The notes below the pieces were generated by a model. That model worked only from the letters and a program-made list of their open reading frames with translations, had not been told where the DNA came from and ran no database searches. From Candidatus Omnitrophota bacterium (lineage in GTDB: Bacteria; Omnitrophota; Gorgyraeia; Gygaellales; Profunditerraquicolaceae), in contig JBAZNT010000004.1 in assembly GCA_041649115.1 (NCBI GenBank), forward strand, positions 23,466-87,465: 64,000 nucleotides of DNA. Direction: 5' to 3'. A program made the position numbers and the translations under genes. Shown in pieces: positions 24,001 through 27,000 of this stretch (position 1 is the first letter of the stretch; each line of letters starts with the position of its first letter).

Positions 24001-27000
24001 TCCGCAATCCCTTTAGAAGCGAGATATACGCCTTAAAGAGACAGGGGGATGTTCATACAGAGACAGCTGTTCTTGCCCCGGGAGTTAAAAATAAAGCCCA
24101 GTCGACTCCCAAGAGCAAAAAAAGACCGTTTTTGACCCGCATCATTTCAGCGCTGTTCGTATTATGTTTGAGTTTAGGCATGCTTATGGCCTCTCCCGAT
24201 AAAATTGCAGCGCTTTATTACACTATAACATCCGCTGCCAACAATAACACAGCAGCGGTTACATCATTTGTCTGTAATGCTGACGATAGCCGGTTGGCGG
24301 AGGACCTGGAGAGCGAGCAGTACAATATTGTCAGCCAGGCGCGTTCCGAATTACATACAATAGCAGAGGATAGCCCTGAAAGGGTGATTCCGTGTCTGAC
24401 ATATTTATTGGAGCAAAGCGATAATCCTGATGCGATGTTTTATGCCTCCCAGGTTCTGCAGGAGGCCTTCCGTCAGGTAGATGAAGATTATTTGAGCACG
24501 GGCTTGAAAGATTACCTGTATAGCATTGATAGCGCTACTCCTCGAGTCAGCGTTTTGCCTTCAGAGCGCAGCGGGAAAGATGTCCTGGTTGTCTTTTTAG
24601 ATACTGATATGGAATTAGAGCTGGTCAGGCAGACGCATCTAGATATAGTAGAAGGCGTTTTGCAAGATTCGCTGAATACCCAAGATACCGGCATTGAAGA
24701 GATTATAATTAACCGCGCGGACTTGCAGCAGACTACCGCCGCATTGCTTAGGGTGGTTGAGCAGAACCCCAATAAAAGCATCGTGGTTAACATGAGCTAT
24801 GGTCTTTTTGACTCTCGCGATTACGTTAACGGCGTGTTGCCTCTTGATGTAGTCGAAGAGCTTGGCAAGAAGGGGGTAGTCTTTGTAGTCAGCAGCAGCA
24901 ATTGGGGGATCCCTTATCTGCCTCCAGCCAGCCTCCCGGATAATCTGATAATAGTGGGAGGGTCGGATTCTGCGGCTACCTCTTTCGGGCCGCATATAAA
25001 GATTAGCAGTTCAACTTATGCTAGAGAGAGCAGGTTCGGAAAAGGAAATTCTTTCGCTACTCCGCGGGTAACCGCGGCGTTAGCAAATCTTCTTACCGAA
25101 TTTCCTACGCTTTCCCAGGCAGAAGCGATAGAAGCGTTATTAGCTACAACACGCCCAATTAGCGGTACAGACCGGCCGGCGCTTCTTTACGAAAGCGGGC
25201 TTTTAGGAGGAGAATTGGACGAGGATGCGGCGGAAGCATATCTGAGGCAGCAGGGGACGCAAGAGGAGAGGTTGCGGCAGGATATAGAGACCTTGGCTAG
25301 TTTAGGCTCCCGTATAGCATATCCTTCTTCGCAGGAGAACGACCTGGCTGCGGAATATATTTTCGGACAACTTGAGGCAATGGGGCTGGACGTCAGCTAT
25401 CAGAATTTCAACATAAGGCCTTACCGCGCCGAGGCCGGGTTGAAGATGTTTACGGTATATGATTCCCAGGAGCCGGAGGGGTTAACCTGGATAGATGAGC
25501 CTGCCAGCGCCCGTAATGTCGTTGCCACATTGCCAGGAAGCACTCACCCCGAAAAAATCCTGGTTATTTCCGCGCATTACGACGGCCTCAGGCCGGGAGG
25601 TTCTGCAAACGACAATGCCTCGGGCGTTGCCGTAGTGCTTGAGACGGCCAGGATACTGAGTTCCTTAGAGCCGGATTATACGGTGCAGTTTGTATTATTC
25701 AGCGGGGAAGAAGAAGGCATCCTTGGAAGCAGGTATTTTGTGAAATATATGCTGGAGCAGAACCCGGAATTCTCGGATAACTTCATATGCGATATTAACG
25801 TAGATATGGTAGGTAATCTTAGCTATTCCGGAGAGACGCACACGCCAGATGCAGAGGACCTTAATATCATCGTCATGCCTGAATTTATGCCGTTTGCCCA
25901 GAGATTGGCAGTTTATGCGGAATCCGTGCCAGACCTTGAGGTTACGCTGAATGAGTTTAAACAGCAGGGGGCTTTTAGCGATGATTACGCCTTTGAAAGA
26001 AAAGGCCTCTGCGGAGTGAACTTGGCAGAAGACGATATCCCGGAGTTAATTGAAATGGGGGCGCTTAATCACGGACTTCCGGACGCCCCGGATGCGATAG
26101 ATTACGGTTTTGTTCATCGCGTCTCAAGATTAGTGGTAGCTTCTGCTACCGCATTTTCTAATGATGCCTCTGTTTTTATCGGCGGCTTCGCCGCTATTCA
26201 TAATTTCACCCCCGCTTCTCAATGGCTCTTTGCCAAATCCTTGAGGCTAATGAGAAAGGCCAAGGCAGCCGCGCATTATGAGAAAATATATGGATTAGGC
26301 TATAAGGCGGCCTTGTGGAAGACGGCCGGGATAAACGGAACAAGAGGGTCTCCGACCCTCAGGCAGAAGTGGAATGCCTTTTTCCGTCCTCTCGCCAATG
26401 ACCGCACCAGCGAAGAAGAGCTCCAGGACCTGCGCCAGGAAATAATCAAAAATCAAGTCCTTGCCGAAAAAGAAGCCGACACGCTCGTTAACGAAATCAG
26501 AACCCATGAACAGGCCCATCGCCAGGCGACCCGGGAGGGCATCCGCAATCCCTTTAGAAGCGAGATATACGCCTTAAAGAGACAGGGGGATGTTCATACA
26601 GAGACAGCTGTTCTTGCCCCGGGAGTTAAAAATAAAATCCCGCCGCCTTCGAAGCAACAGACAGACAATATTTCTCCTGCGGAAAACGAAAAGGGAAAAA
26701 TCAATCGTCTTAGCGCCGCAATGCCAACTACTGTTAAGAGGAATTTCAACTTACGGTATTTGCATAACTTCGCCGTTCGCCTGGAATCGAGAGAAATCCC
26801 TTATCCTCTGGATGAAGGAGGGCTTAATTATAGCGCCCGCATGTTAAAAGTTATACAAGATGCCGCGGAATCAATAAACAAAAACGGGACAAAAATAATA
26901 AGGATTACTATCAATCGCTACGGTTCCTTAGCCACTAATTGCTGGATGTTGGGTTCTGATATAGACGGCATGATAGTTTATGCCGATTCGATTGTTTCCG

